NCBI GenBank assembly: GCA_964474755.1
Contig: CAYYUG010000003.1
Location: 7,580 to 71,579 of the forward strand
Source of the DNA: an uncultured Rhodospirillaceae bacterium
GTDB lineage: Bacteria; Pseudomonadota; Alphaproteobacteria; UBA8366; GCA-2717185
Length of the DNA stretch: 64,000 nt
Reading direction: 5' to 3'
Shown: piece after piece, positions 26,918 through 35,361 of the stretch
Position numbering within the stretch: position 1 is the first letter of the stretch
How the letters are laid out: each line of letters opens with the position of its first letter
Made by a program: the position numbers and the translations under genes
The notes under the pieces: model-generated
Told to the model about the DNA's origin: nothing
The model's input: only the letters and a program-made list of their open reading frames with translations
The model's database searches: none

Positions 26918-27958
26918 TTAGACAAAAGTGAGCAAGCGCCGTGGCGTGTCGACGATGATTGCTTGTATTTCCGTTTCCGTGAAATCGCGCAGCCGCATCA
27001 ACGGTATCGCATTCTCAAATATATGGCCATAACCGTGGCCACCATATGATCTGAGACGGGTCAAAAAACAGATGTCGTGACTAATCACAATTTGGTCAAG
27101 ATGTCCTCGCTCTATGAGAGCCCGGATTAGTCGCAGGCGGATCGCATCGTTTGGCATGTCAATCTGCGGGTTAAGTGGGTAGTAGCTTGTTTCCTGTCCG
27201 AATAGGTCAAATTCGATGATGCATCCCGTATCGGCGAGCCTAAATAGCCGGTCAAAGTCGAAAATGGTGCGTTCAATATGGCTAATGACCGTGCGTTCTG
27301 GTGCACCGTCATGAGCCACGATGAATTCCATGATTTCCTGCGGCTGTTCCTCATGGCGCCCAGGATGAACGTTCAGTGAAGCGCCCGTTTCCTGCTGCGC
27401 AATGATGGCACCCGCCATGACGCGTTTTTCCAAATTAGTCCACGGAGATTGGCACCCGATCTCGCCGATCATGCCCGCCCGAATATTGGTGTCCCAAGCG
27501 CCTTCGAGGATCTGCCCTACTATCTCGGTGGCAAAACTATCAACGTCTCGGCTGTGGTTAGCTTCATCCTGATATTCGTCAACATAATGTCCGCACCCCA
27601 TCACCACATGGGCGCCGGAATCTCGTGAAATTTGCGCCAGTGCGTCAGGTGCGGGGGCAAGACCACCGGAGCTCAGCTCGACAATGGTATTGCCGCCGGC
27701 GGCGACCATCTCTTTGACCTCGAAAGTCGCCAGTTCAGCCGAACGCGAGATGAAGTTGCGCGGCACCTTCACTCGTCCGTAGTTGAATTGCCAGCAATTG
27801 CAGAGATTGATCTCTGGGCCTTGATCCAGGTCTGCCGCCATCTTCGGTGTTCGGATATCCCAGACGAGATGCTCATGCATCAGAGTATTGCCAAGTTCTG
27901 TTGGGTCGATAGGCCCTAAAACGGTTTGAGCTTTACCTTTCAGCTCGGACATCGTCAT
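26918..27958 (-). CDS. phosphotriesterase-related (PTE/PHP) amidohydrolase-superfamily protein
   Basis: 346-aa ORF. TVLGPIDPTELGNTLMHEHL is typical of the PF02126 N-terminus. Confidence 0.75.
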   Translation of the reverse strand: MTMSELKGKAQTVLGPIDPTELGNTLMHEHLVWDIRTPKMAADLDQGPEINLCNCWQFNYGRVKVPRNFISRSAELATFEVKEMVAAGGNTIVELSSGGLAPAPDALAQISRDSGAHVVMGCGHYVDEYQDEANHSRDVDSFATEIVGQILEGAWDTNIRAGMIGEIGCQSPWTNLEKRVMAGAIIAQQETGASLNVHPGRHEEQPQEIMEFIVAHDGAPERTVISHIERTIFDFDRLFRLADTGCIIEFDLFGQETSYYPLNPQIDMPNDAIRLRLIRALIERGHLDQIVISHDICFLTRLRSYGGHGYGHIFENAIPLMRLRDFTETEIQAIIVDTPRRLLTFV

Positions 27959-28155
27959 ACTCCTTTAGGCGCGGGAACGATTAAGGATTTAAGTTGTTCG
28001 ATGACATCTTCTAGTGCTTTGACGTGAGCGTCTAGCTCCTCGCCGCTCAAGATACTCGAAAGCCCGATAAAGCCACGCTGGGCCACATAGTATCCGTGAT
28101 CAAATAGTTTGAGAAACAAGCAGTTCCTTCGTCCGTTGGTCGCAGTCGGCGGCAT
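27955..28155 (-). pseudogene. probable C-terminal remnant of a class III (omega/GSA-type) aminotransferase
   Basis: 66-aa ORF. FLKLFDHGYYVAQRGFIGLSSILSGEELDAHVKALEDVIEQL resembles only the last 50 or so residues of PLP fold-type-I class III aminotransferases. An in-frame TAA lies about 100 nt upstream and no PLP-domain sequence is found in the 200-bp gap. Its end overlaps the PTE start (ATGA). Confidence 0.4.
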
Positions 28156-28356
28156 CTTCGGCGGTGTAGAGAGGAGCTTTAACGCATGCGCTCCCAGGCA
28201 AGCGGCGATGCTGTCTTGATCTGTCGATGCTGAGTAGGTTAAGCACGATTACTGGTAGAGTTATTTTCCACGCTGTCATGGTATTAATCGAAATGAGATG
28301 GCGAGTTGGTGTTTGTCACCACTGGATGACGTTTTAAATAAACACAGCAGCGCGAA

Positions 28357-28869
28357 CTAGGCCGTTTCCGGGTTGGGGGCTTCCAGAAGGCCTCTGGCCT
28401 CCATCATGGGATAAATGCCGCCAGCTTTCATGACTTCAAGGACCATATCGGGGAAGCGTGTGCCCTGCAGGACCTTGCCAGTCCGTTTGTTGCGCACGGT
28501 GAATTGACCGAACTCCACTTCAATTTCATCGCCTTCCTCAATAAATTTGGAAATGCCGGGACATTCCAATGCGAAGACCCCGTAATTGGCGCAGTTGCGG
28601 AAGAATAGCCCGTTGATCGACTCCGCGATGATGCAGGTCACGCCTAATTCCTTTAGCGACCGCGCCGCCGGTCGGCCGGAGCCGGTGCCGAAATTTTGAC
28701 CGCCGACGATGACGTCTCCCTGCTGCACCTCGTCTACCCAGCCGGGCCGATTGGCCTCGAAGGCGTGCTTGGGTTGTTCATCGAAGGGCAGCAGCATAAC
28801 AGGACCGGGAAGGATCAGGTCCGTGTTGATATGATCGCCGAATTTCCAGGTTTTACCTTGGATACGCAT
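28357..28869 (-). CDS. aconitase-family small subunit (LeuD-like swivel domain)
   Basis: 170-aa ORF. MRIQGKTWKFGDHINTDLILPG and GQNFGTGSGR are typical of short (archaeal-type) LeuD/HacB subunits. Confidence 0.8.
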   Translation of the reverse strand: MRIQGKTWKFGDHINTDLILPGPVMLLPFDEQPKHAFEANRPGWVDEVQQGDVIVGGQNFGTGSGRPAARSLKELGVTCIIAESINGLFFRNCANYGVFALECPGISKFIEEGDEIEVEFGQFTVRNKRTGKVLQGTRFPDMVLEVMKAGGIYPMMEARGLLEAPNPETA

Positions 28870-28880
28870 AGAGTGATTCC

Positions 28881-30134
28881 CTACAAAAATTCGCGCGGGT
28901 CGGTAAGCGTGCCTCGAACTGCGGACGCCGCGACTGTTGCTGGTGAGGCGAGATAGATATCAGCCTCCGGACTGCCCATTCGGCCTTTAAAGTTGCGTGT
29001 TGATGCAGTGACACATTTTTCGCCCGGTGCCAGGATCCCGTTGCTGTATCCGCAGCAGGCGCCGCAGGTTGAATTCGTTACCACCGCCCCAGCCTCCATC
29101 AGCGTCTGAACGTAACCACGGCGCATCGCCTCAAGGAAAATAAGCTGCGAACCAGGGGTTACTATTAATCGAGTGCCTTTGGCGATCTTTTGGCCCTTAA
29201 CCACCTTTGCCGCAATCTCGAAATCGTCCAGAGTGCCGTTGGCGCAGGAGCCTATGAAAGCTTGGTCTAGGTGATGTTGGTCGGCGTCTTTTACGGGTCG
29301 AGCATTCTCGACAACCGTTCCTGGATAAGCGACGAGGGGTTCAAGGGCGTTGAGATCGATCGTTCGTTTGGATGCGTAGCTGGCGTCAGGGTCAGCGAAT
29401 TGCGGCACGAATTCCGCATCTGGATTGCGCGATCGTACATGCTCAATGCATTTGTCGTCGGCCTCGAATACGGCGAACTCGGCACTTATCTCCGCGCACA
29501 TGGTCGCCAAGGTGCGGCGCGCATTCATGCTCATGCCGTTTACGCCGTTACCAACAAACTCGACATTATGCATTGCGTGTTCTCCATAGGTGTTACCGAT
29601 ATGGAGAATGATGTCTTTGCCATTCAGCACAGGCGGCAATTCGCCGGTCAGCGTATAGCGAATAGTCTCACACACAGGGAACCAGGTCTGACCCGTCGCG
29701 CAGACATAACTCATCTCGGGGTGGCCTATACCGCGCGCAGCGCAGTTGAAGGCGCCGGCACTGCAGGTGTGTGAGTCAACGCAAGCGAGCAAGGTGCCGG
29801 GCAAGGCGTAGCCGAAATCGGCCACCAGCTGGTGGCAAATTCCGAGACCGTTATTGACGTCATGGAAGCGGGTGATGCCATGTTTTTCAGCAAAACGCCG
29901 TGCGGCTTTGTGCATGCTGGCGCGCATCGGACTATCCGCCGGCGCGATATGGTCAAGCATGATGACGATCTTGTCGGGATCGAACACTTTCTTGGGCTCC
30001 CGCATTCGGTTGTGCATAAAGTTTTGATCGATTACCACGACGGTGCCGACATCCACCGTCACGATATCCCCTGGTGTTACCGTGTCTTGGCCCGCAGCCC
30101 GTGCCAGGATTTTCTCCACCATAGTCAGGCCCAT
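28881..30134 (-). CDS. aconitase-family large subunit (LeuC/HacA-like dehydratase)
   Basis: ORF 28881..30167, with the likely start at MGLTMVEKILARA (ATG 30134; alternatives are 30167, 30143 and 30122). The cluster-ligand contexts DSHTCSAG, IGSCANG and STCGACCG are present. Confidence 0.8.
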   Translation of the reverse strand: MGLTMVEKILARAAGQDTVTPGDIVTVDVGTVVVIDQNFMHNRMREPKKVFDPDKIVIMLDHIAPADSPMRASMHKAARRFAEKHGITRFHDVNNGLGICHQLVADFGYALPGTLLACVDSHTCSAGAFNCAARGIGHPEMSYVCATGQTWFPVCETIRYTLTGELPPVLNGKDIILHIGNTYGEHAMHNVEFVGNGVNGMSMNARRTLATMCAEISAEFAVFEADDKCIEHVRSRNPDAEFVPQFADPDASYASKRTIDLNALEPLVAYPGTVVENARPVKDADQHHLDQAFIGSCANGTLDDFEIAAKVVKGQKIAKGTRLIVTPGSQLIFLEAMRRGYVQTLMEAGAVVTNSTCGACCGYSNGILAPGEKCVTASTRNFKGRMGSPEADIYLASPATVAASAVRGTLTDPREFL

Positions 30135-30227
30135 CGCCCTCATCCTTCTATCGTTCAGGATTTCCAAATTGTTTGCCGCGTGCCACCATTATCCGGAGAC
30201 ATATGCCGTTGTGGCCCGAAGGATGAA

Positions 30228-31094
30228 ATGATGAAACATACGACAAAACTCCGCAATCTGATTGAAGGAGAGGACATCCTGTTATGTCCCGGGACCTACG
30301 ACCCATTGATGGCGAAGTTGATTAAACAGCTTGGCTTTGAGGCTTTGTACATGACAGGCGCCGGCATATCTCACTCGACCTTGGCAATGCCGGACCTTGG
30401 TTTGACGACGATGACGGAAATGGTACATCGCGCGACCCTGTTGGCGGATGCCTCAGAACTGCCGCTGATCTGCGATGCGGATACGGGTTATGGCAATGCA
30501 CTCAATGTCATGCGAACAGTGCGGGAATACGAGCGTGCTGGTGTCGCCGGTATTCATATTGAAGACCAGGAGATGCCGAAGCGATGTGGCCATTTTTTCG
30601 GCAAATCGCTGATTAATAAAGAGGAGATGGTTGGCAAACTTAAGGCGGCGCTCGATGCCCGAAAGGACGAAGATTTTATGATTATTGCCCGCACCGATGC
30701 GCGGACCGCAGTAGGTTTTGAAGAGGCGTTGGACCGGGCTCACGCCTATGCGGAAGCGGGGGCCGATGTCATTTTTTTCGAGAGCCCTCGGTCGATTGAG
30801 GAGTTAACGGAAGTGCCCAAGGCAATCGGCAAGCCGGTGCTGGCGAACATGGTTGAGACGGGACTGACGCCCTTACTATCTGCACAGGAGTTGCAGGAAA
30901 TTGGTTACGGTGTTGTGATTTTTGCGGGCGGCCTCGCGAGGTTTTTAGCCCGTCAGGCGCAGGGTTTTTTGCAGAACTTAAAAGATACCGGAACAACGGA
31001 AGCCTACATGGACCGTATGAATAGCTTCCAGGAACATAACGAATTGCTAGAACTGCCGAAGTTCGATGAACTAGCCAAGAAGTATGGATTATAA
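30228..31094 (+). CDS. isocitrate lyase / PEP mutase superfamily protein (PrpB / methylisocitrate-lyase-like)
   Basis: ORF 29832..31094 trimmed to ATGATG at 30228 (GAAGGA upstream). CDADTGYGN and IEDQEMPKRCGH are signature segments of the ICL/PEPM family. The upstream part of the ORF is antisense to the leuC-like gene. Confidence 0.8.
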   Translation: MMKHTTKLRNLIEGEDILLCPGTYDPLMAKLIKQLGFEALYMTGAGISHSTLAMPDLGLTTMTEMVHRATLLADASELPLICDADTGYGNALNVMRTVREYERAGVAGIHIEDQEMPKRCGHFFGKSLINKEEMVGKLKAALDARKDEDFMIIARTDARTAVGFEEALDRAHAYAEAGADVIFFESPRSIEELTEVPKAIGKPVLANMVETGLTPLLSAQELQEIGYGVVIFAGGLARFLARQAQGFLQNLKDTGTTEAYMDRMNSFQEHNELLELPKFDELAKKYGL

Positions 31095-31103
31095 AAACGG
31101 AGA

Positions 31104-31904
31104 ATGCCGGCGATGGACTACCAGCATATTAAAGTCGAACGTGGCGGTGAGATCGCCGTTGTAACCTTCAACCGACCAGAGCGGGCCAATGCGTTGAACG
31201 CGCGCCACATCCAGGAGATAGAGCACGCTTCGCTTAGTTTTCGAGAGGACGCAATGACGCGTGTCGTTGTCTTCACCGGCGCCGGCAAGCATTTTACCTC
31301 CGGCGCGGATCTTAGCGAGCGTCAGCCCGGCGAGAACCCCGAAACCCTGATGCTCCGGCGTCAACGGCGTCGGGCGGGTCAGCACTGCATCCAATCGATC
31401 CTCGATATGGATCAGATTACAATAGGGGCGTGGACGGGCGCGGCGATGGGCGGCGGCGCATGTATAGCTGCGGCGATGGATTTCCGTATCGGAGCCAAGG
31501 ACTGTTTCATGTCTTTTCCAGAAATCCTCATCGGTGTTCCACTGATGTGGCAGTCTCTGCCGCTTTGTGTGCGGCTCATGGGTGCGTCGCGGGCCAAGCG
31601 TATGGTAATCAGCGGCGAGCACGTCCGTGGGCCGACCCTGCTCGATTGGGGTGTGCTCGACGATATGGTTTCAACCGATCAGGTTGAAACACGTGCGATG
31701 GAGTGGGCGGAACGATACGCTGCGCAGGCGCCTGTCGCAGCGCAGATGATCAAACGCAGCGTTAACGCTATTTCTACTGCGCTAGATCGATCAATTATGC
31801 ACATGGATTTCGACCAGCATCTGTTAGCGAGTTCCATGGATGATACCGTGGAGGCAATAGCTTCATATAGGGAGAAGCGCAGAGGTACCTTTTCGGGCAA
31901 TTAG
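31104..31904 (+). CDS. enoyl-CoA hydratase/isomerase (crotonase) family protein
   Basis: 266-aa ORF. IAVVTFNRPERANAL...VVVFTGAGKHFTSGADL is the crotonase pattern. Confidence 0.85.
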   Translation: MPAMDYQHIKVERGGEIAVVTFNRPERANALNARHIQEIEHASLSFREDAMTRVVVFTGAGKHFTSGADLSERQPGENPETLMLRRQRRRAGQHCIQSILDMDQITIGAWTGAAMGGGACIAAAMDFRIGAKDCFMSFPEILIGVPLMWQSLPLCVRLMGASRAKRMVISGEHVRGPTLLDWGVLDDMVSTDQVETRAMEWAERYAAQAPVAAQMIKRSVNAISTALDRSIMHMDFDQHLLASSMDDTVEAIASYREKRRGTFSGN

Positions 31905-31918
31905 CAGGAGTATGTGCC

Positions 31919-32749
31919 ATGCAGGTCACGCAAATTGCGAACGGTTTCGCGGCTCGTATCACTGGGATTGATCTATCGCAGCATCTCGATGACGACCTGT
32001 TCGCGGAAATCAGGTCACTGTGGATGGAGCATCGAATTGTGCTGTTTCCCGACCAAACGCTGGACGACGAAAGTCTTGTAGCCTTTGCGGGGCGGTTCGG
32101 CCGTCTTTTTGTTCATGCACAGACTTCGCTGCTGTCGAAAAAACGCAAGGAGGTCATGGAACTCTCGAATTTGCCTGAGGCAGAACGCAAGACCACTCAC
32201 GAACTTGACTGGCATACTGACCAGACGTACACGCCGGAGCCGGTCTTCGGGACCATGTTATACGGACTGGTTGCTCCGACTGAGGGCGGCGAAACTTTGA
32301 TCGCGGATCTCGCTGGCGCCTATGCGAGCCTGCCGGACGCGCTGCGTAGCCGTGTAGAGGGTGTCCCCGCAGTCTACTCGGCGGAGCCACGGCCAAAGGT
32401 GCGCGAGACACCGCTCGATGTGGATGAAAAGAAACGCATTCCGGATTGTACGCACCCGCTGGTCCGAAGGCATCCTTATCTGGACCGCAAGGCACTTTAT
32501 CTTAGCCCTTTACACATGAAGACGATAGGCGACCTCTCGGAAGAAGATAGCCTCGAATTGATCCGCGAGCTGACGTCCCACGCTACGCAGCCGGCGCATG
32601 TCTACTGCCACACCTGGACCGTGGGTGATCTTATCATGTGGGACAATACCTCGGTGATGCATCGCCGTACGCCATTCCCGCCGGACGAGCCGCGCCACCT
32701 TAAGCGCGCGGGGTTCTACTTACCCAAGGACCTTGCGGTTCCGTTCTAG
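31919..32749 (+). CDS. TauD/TfdA-family Fe(II)/2OG dioxygenase
   Basis: 276-aa ORF with WHTDQTY (HxD) and WTVGDLIMWDNTSVMHRR. Confidence 0.85.
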   Translation: MQVTQIANGFAARITGIDLSQHLDDDLFAEIRSLWMEHRIVLFPDQTLDDESLVAFAGRFGRLFVHAQTSLLSKKRKEVMELSNLPEAERKTTHELDWHTDQTYTPEPVFGTMLYGLVAPTEGGETLIADLAGAYASLPDALRSRVEGVPAVYSAEPRPKVRETPLDVDEKKRIPDCTHPLVRRHPYLDRKALYLSPLHMKTIGDLSEEDSLELIRELTSHATQPAHVYCHTWTVGDLIMWDNTSVMHRRTPFPPDEPRHLKRAGFYLPKDLAVPF

Positions 32750-33525
32750 GCTGCGATGTAATCACGAACAGCCAAATACAGCGTAACGATTCCGATTCCT
32801 GCAAGGGCCAGTAAGGCAGCATTGCGAAAATGGCGCTGGCCCTTTCCGCCGAAGAACCGGGCTCCAATCCAGATTGCGAGGGAATAGAGCGGTGCAATCA
32901 TCAGCGCGAGGAGTAAGGATTCTCTCGTAAAAAGGCCCAGATACCAGAAGGGAAACATAGCACAGAGGTTGAGAGATGTTACCGCACCGATCACATTAGC
33001 GCGTTGCTGAACCGTTGAGCCTGGTTGCGATAGTGCTAGGATCACTGCAAGTGGGCCGCTTACGCTTGCTGCACCCTGTATCAATCCAGCCGATGCCCCG
33101 GCGCCCGTCAGCATCGCCTTGCTAGGGCGTCGGGTCAGTTGCCAGCCGCAAACTAAAACCAAAAACATTATTAGTACGAAAACCGAAATTGCCATACGCA
33201 TGATTGAGGGATCGAGTGATAACAGCACCATGACACCGAACGGTGCGATGGCAAAACTGGCCAATCCAAAGGGAAGGACAAATCCACGTTCGCTGTCTCG
33301 TACGGCAGTGGGGAGTAGTTGGATTGTGGCCGGCAGACCGGACAGGTTTGCGGCTGGGACGGCCACGATCGGGCCGAAGACGGCGCTCAAAACCATGACA
33401 ATGATCAGGGCGGCGCCGAAACCGACGAAGCCACGGATGAAGCCGGCCAACAGAACCGCCGCGGCGACAATGGCCAGGCCGGCATAGGAGACCGGTCCGA
33501 TGTAGACCTGGATAGTTTCAAGCAT
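32746..33525 (-). CDS. TauE/SafE (TSUP) family membrane protein, sulfite-exporter homolog
   Basis: ORF 32746..33543 (TTG start) with ATG 33525 more likely. It is very hydrophobic, and LAGFIRGFVGFGAALI is the typical first-helix motif of PF01925. Its stop overlaps the stop of the convergent TauD gene within CTAG. Confidence 0.75.
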   Translation of the reverse strand: MLETIQVYIGPVSYAGLAIVAAAVLLAGFIRGFVGFGAALIIVMVLSAVFGPIVAVPAANLSGLPATIQLLPTAVRDSERGFVLPFGLASFAIAPFGVMVLLSLDPSIMRMAISVFVLIMFLVLVCGWQLTRRPSKAMLTGAGASAGLIQGAASVSGPLAVILALSQPGSTVQQRANVIGAVTSLNLCAMFPFWYLGLFTRESLLLALMIAPLYSLAIWIGARFFGGKGQRHFRNAALLALAGIGIVTLYLAVRDYIAA

Positions 33526-33624
33526 GCCCGCTATTCCCGGCAAAGTATGCCGAAAGGGAGTGTGTTTCCCGGCAGTGGTGCCGTGACAATGATACTATCG
33601 GAACAGAACGCGTTCTGAAAACGG

Positions 33625-34476
33625 CTAGACCGGCCGTTCACCGGCAGCGGTCGTGCGGTGGAGGAAGCGCGGTTGGTTTTCGTCATAATCGCGCACCGCG
33701 TAATGCATGTTGGCGCGGTTGTCCCACATCAGCACGTCGCCAACCCGCCATTTGTGCCGGTAAATGTTCTCGTGCCGGGTCGCCTGGGCGTAGAGAAATT
33801 CCAGGATCGGCTTGCTCTCCTCGCGCGTCATACCGATGAAGTGAGAGGTGTAGTAGGGGTTGACGTAGAGCGCCTTGCGGCCGCTGCCAGGATGGGTACG
33901 GACGACTGGGTGGATGACGCCGGGCGGCACCTCGGTGACCTGCACACGTGAGGGGACTTCGGTCACCAGTGTCTCCGCATTGTGCTCCGCCTGCAGCCCG
34001 TCAAGGAACTTGCGCAACGGTTCTGAGAGTTCCTCATAGGCCGAGTACATATTGCAAAACATCGTATCGGCCAGACCTTCGGTGACCTCAATGGCGTACA
34101 GCATAGAAAGGGCCGGAGGGACTTCGCCGAAAGAAATGTCGGAGTGCCAAAAATCATTGCGCGGGCCAAGCTTGCCGGGCCGGTTCTCCAGCACCATCAC
34201 TTCCGGCTGATCCTCAAGACCGCGGCGCGAGCCGAGCGGGTGTTCTTCAGTGGGGCCGAAGCGGTGCGTGAAGGCTACTTGATGGCCGGGTTCGATCTTC
34301 TGATTGCGGAAGACCAGCACGAGATTGTCGTGAAATGCCTGCTCGATTTCAGTAAAGGTCTCGTCGTCTAGCGGCTGTGATAGGTCGACGTCGGTCACTT
34401 CTGCACCGAGCGCGTTGCAGAGTGGGATTAGTCTGATGCGCTTGTGGTTTCGTTCTTTAGTGGCGAGGGCCGTCAT
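33625..34476 (-). CDS. TauD/TfdA-family Fe(II)/2OG dioxygenase
   Basis: ORF 33625..34617 trimmed to ATG 34476 (MTALATKERN...), which removes the overlap with the upstream gene. It has WHSDISF (HxD) and WRVGDVLMWDNRANMHYA. Confidence 0.85.
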   Translation of the reverse strand: MTALATKERNHKRIRLIPLCNALGAEVTDVDLSQPLDDETFTEIEQAFHDNLVLVFRNQKIEPGHQVAFTHRFGPTEEHPLGSRRGLEDQPEVMVLENRPGKLGPRNDFWHSDISFGEVPPALSMLYAIEVTEGLADTMFCNMYSAYEELSEPLRKFLDGLQAEHNAETLVTEVPSRVQVTEVPPGVIHPVVRTHPGSGRKALYVNPYYTSHFIGMTREESKPILEFLYAQATRHENIYRHKWRVGDVLMWDNRANMHYAVRDYDENQPRFLHRTTAAGERPV

Positions 34477-34490
34477 TGTAAAACTCCGAT

Positions 34491-35357
34491 CTAGTAGGGA
34501 CGTTCGCCAGTTATCGTCGTGCGGTGCAGCAGACGACGCTGCGGCAGGGCGTAGTCGCAGATCGCCAAATGCTGGGTTAGCGTGTTGTCCCACATTACTA
34601 CGTCGCCAACCCGCCACTCATGCCGATAGGTGAAGTCCGGCTTCTTGGTGTGATCCCACAACTCCTGCAGCAGAGTTTCGCTTTCGTCCGCCGGTAGCCC
34701 CACGATATGCGTCGTGTGGCCCTCATTGACGAGGAGGCCGCGGCGTCCAGTTTCGGGATGGGTGCGGACCACGGGGTGTGTCACCGTCGGTGTTTTTGCG
34801 TGTTGTTCGTCCGACATTTCGATGTGTTTGGTACCGTCATCGGCCAGCTTCTGAAAGCGTTTGGCGAGGCTGTACTGCGCCTTAAGCGTGTCGATGCGAT
34901 CGCGTGTCTCGGCCGGTAACGCTTCGTAGGCCGCTGCCGTACTGGCCCAAATTGTGTTGCCGAGTGACGTTCCATTTTCCTGGGGTATTTCCATCGCATA
35001 TAGAATCGAACCGCGGCTTGGCACGTCCAGGTAGGACAGGTCCGTGTGCCAGTAGCGACCCGCATCCGGAATGCCGATATTTTTACCGTTTTCGAGAACG
35101 TTGGAGACAATAAGAATTTCCGGATGCTCTTTGTGTAAATACTGTTCCAAAACATGTGTTTCTAAATCGCCGAAATACCGGCTGTAGCGTAGGAACTGAT
35201 CCGGTGTCACTTTTTGGTCGCGAAACACCAGAACGGAATGACGGCTCCACGCCCTGCGGAGTGTGTTTTGTTCATCGGCCTCTAACGGCTTTGCCAAATC
35301 AACATCCAAGACTTCGGCGCCGATCACGCCGTCGAACGGCTTCACGTGTAGGGGCAT
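34491..35357 (-). CDS. TauD/TfdA-family Fe(II)/2OG dioxygenase (tandem paralog)
   Basis: ORF 34491..35537 trimmed to ATG 35357 (MPLHVKPFDGVIGAEV...). It has WHTDLSY (HxD) and WRVGDVVMWDNTLTQHLA. It is collinear with, and clearly similar to, 33625..34476. Confidence 0.85.
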   Translation of the reverse strand: MPLHVKPFDGVIGAEVLDVDLAKPLEADEQNTLRRAWSRHSVLVFRDQKVTPDQFLRYSRYFGDLETHVLEQYLHKEHPEILIVSNVLENGKNIGIPDAGRYWHTDLSYLDVPSRGSILYAMEIPQENGTSLGNTIWASTAAAYEALPAETRDRIDTLKAQYSLAKRFQKLADDGTKHIEMSDEQHAKTPTVTHPVVRTHPETGRRGLLVNEGHTTHIVGLPADESETLLQELWDHTKKPDFTYRHEWRVGDVVMWDNTLTQHLAICDYALPQRRLLHRTTITGERPY

Positions 35358-35361
35358 GATG

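Noticed and set aside
29832-30227. 132-codon N-terminal extension of the ICL/PEPM-family ORF
   Set aside because: The extension is antisense to the leuC-like gene and has no family similarity. The conserved protein begins at MMKHTTKLRNL, with a GAAGGA ribosome-binding site before ATG 30228.
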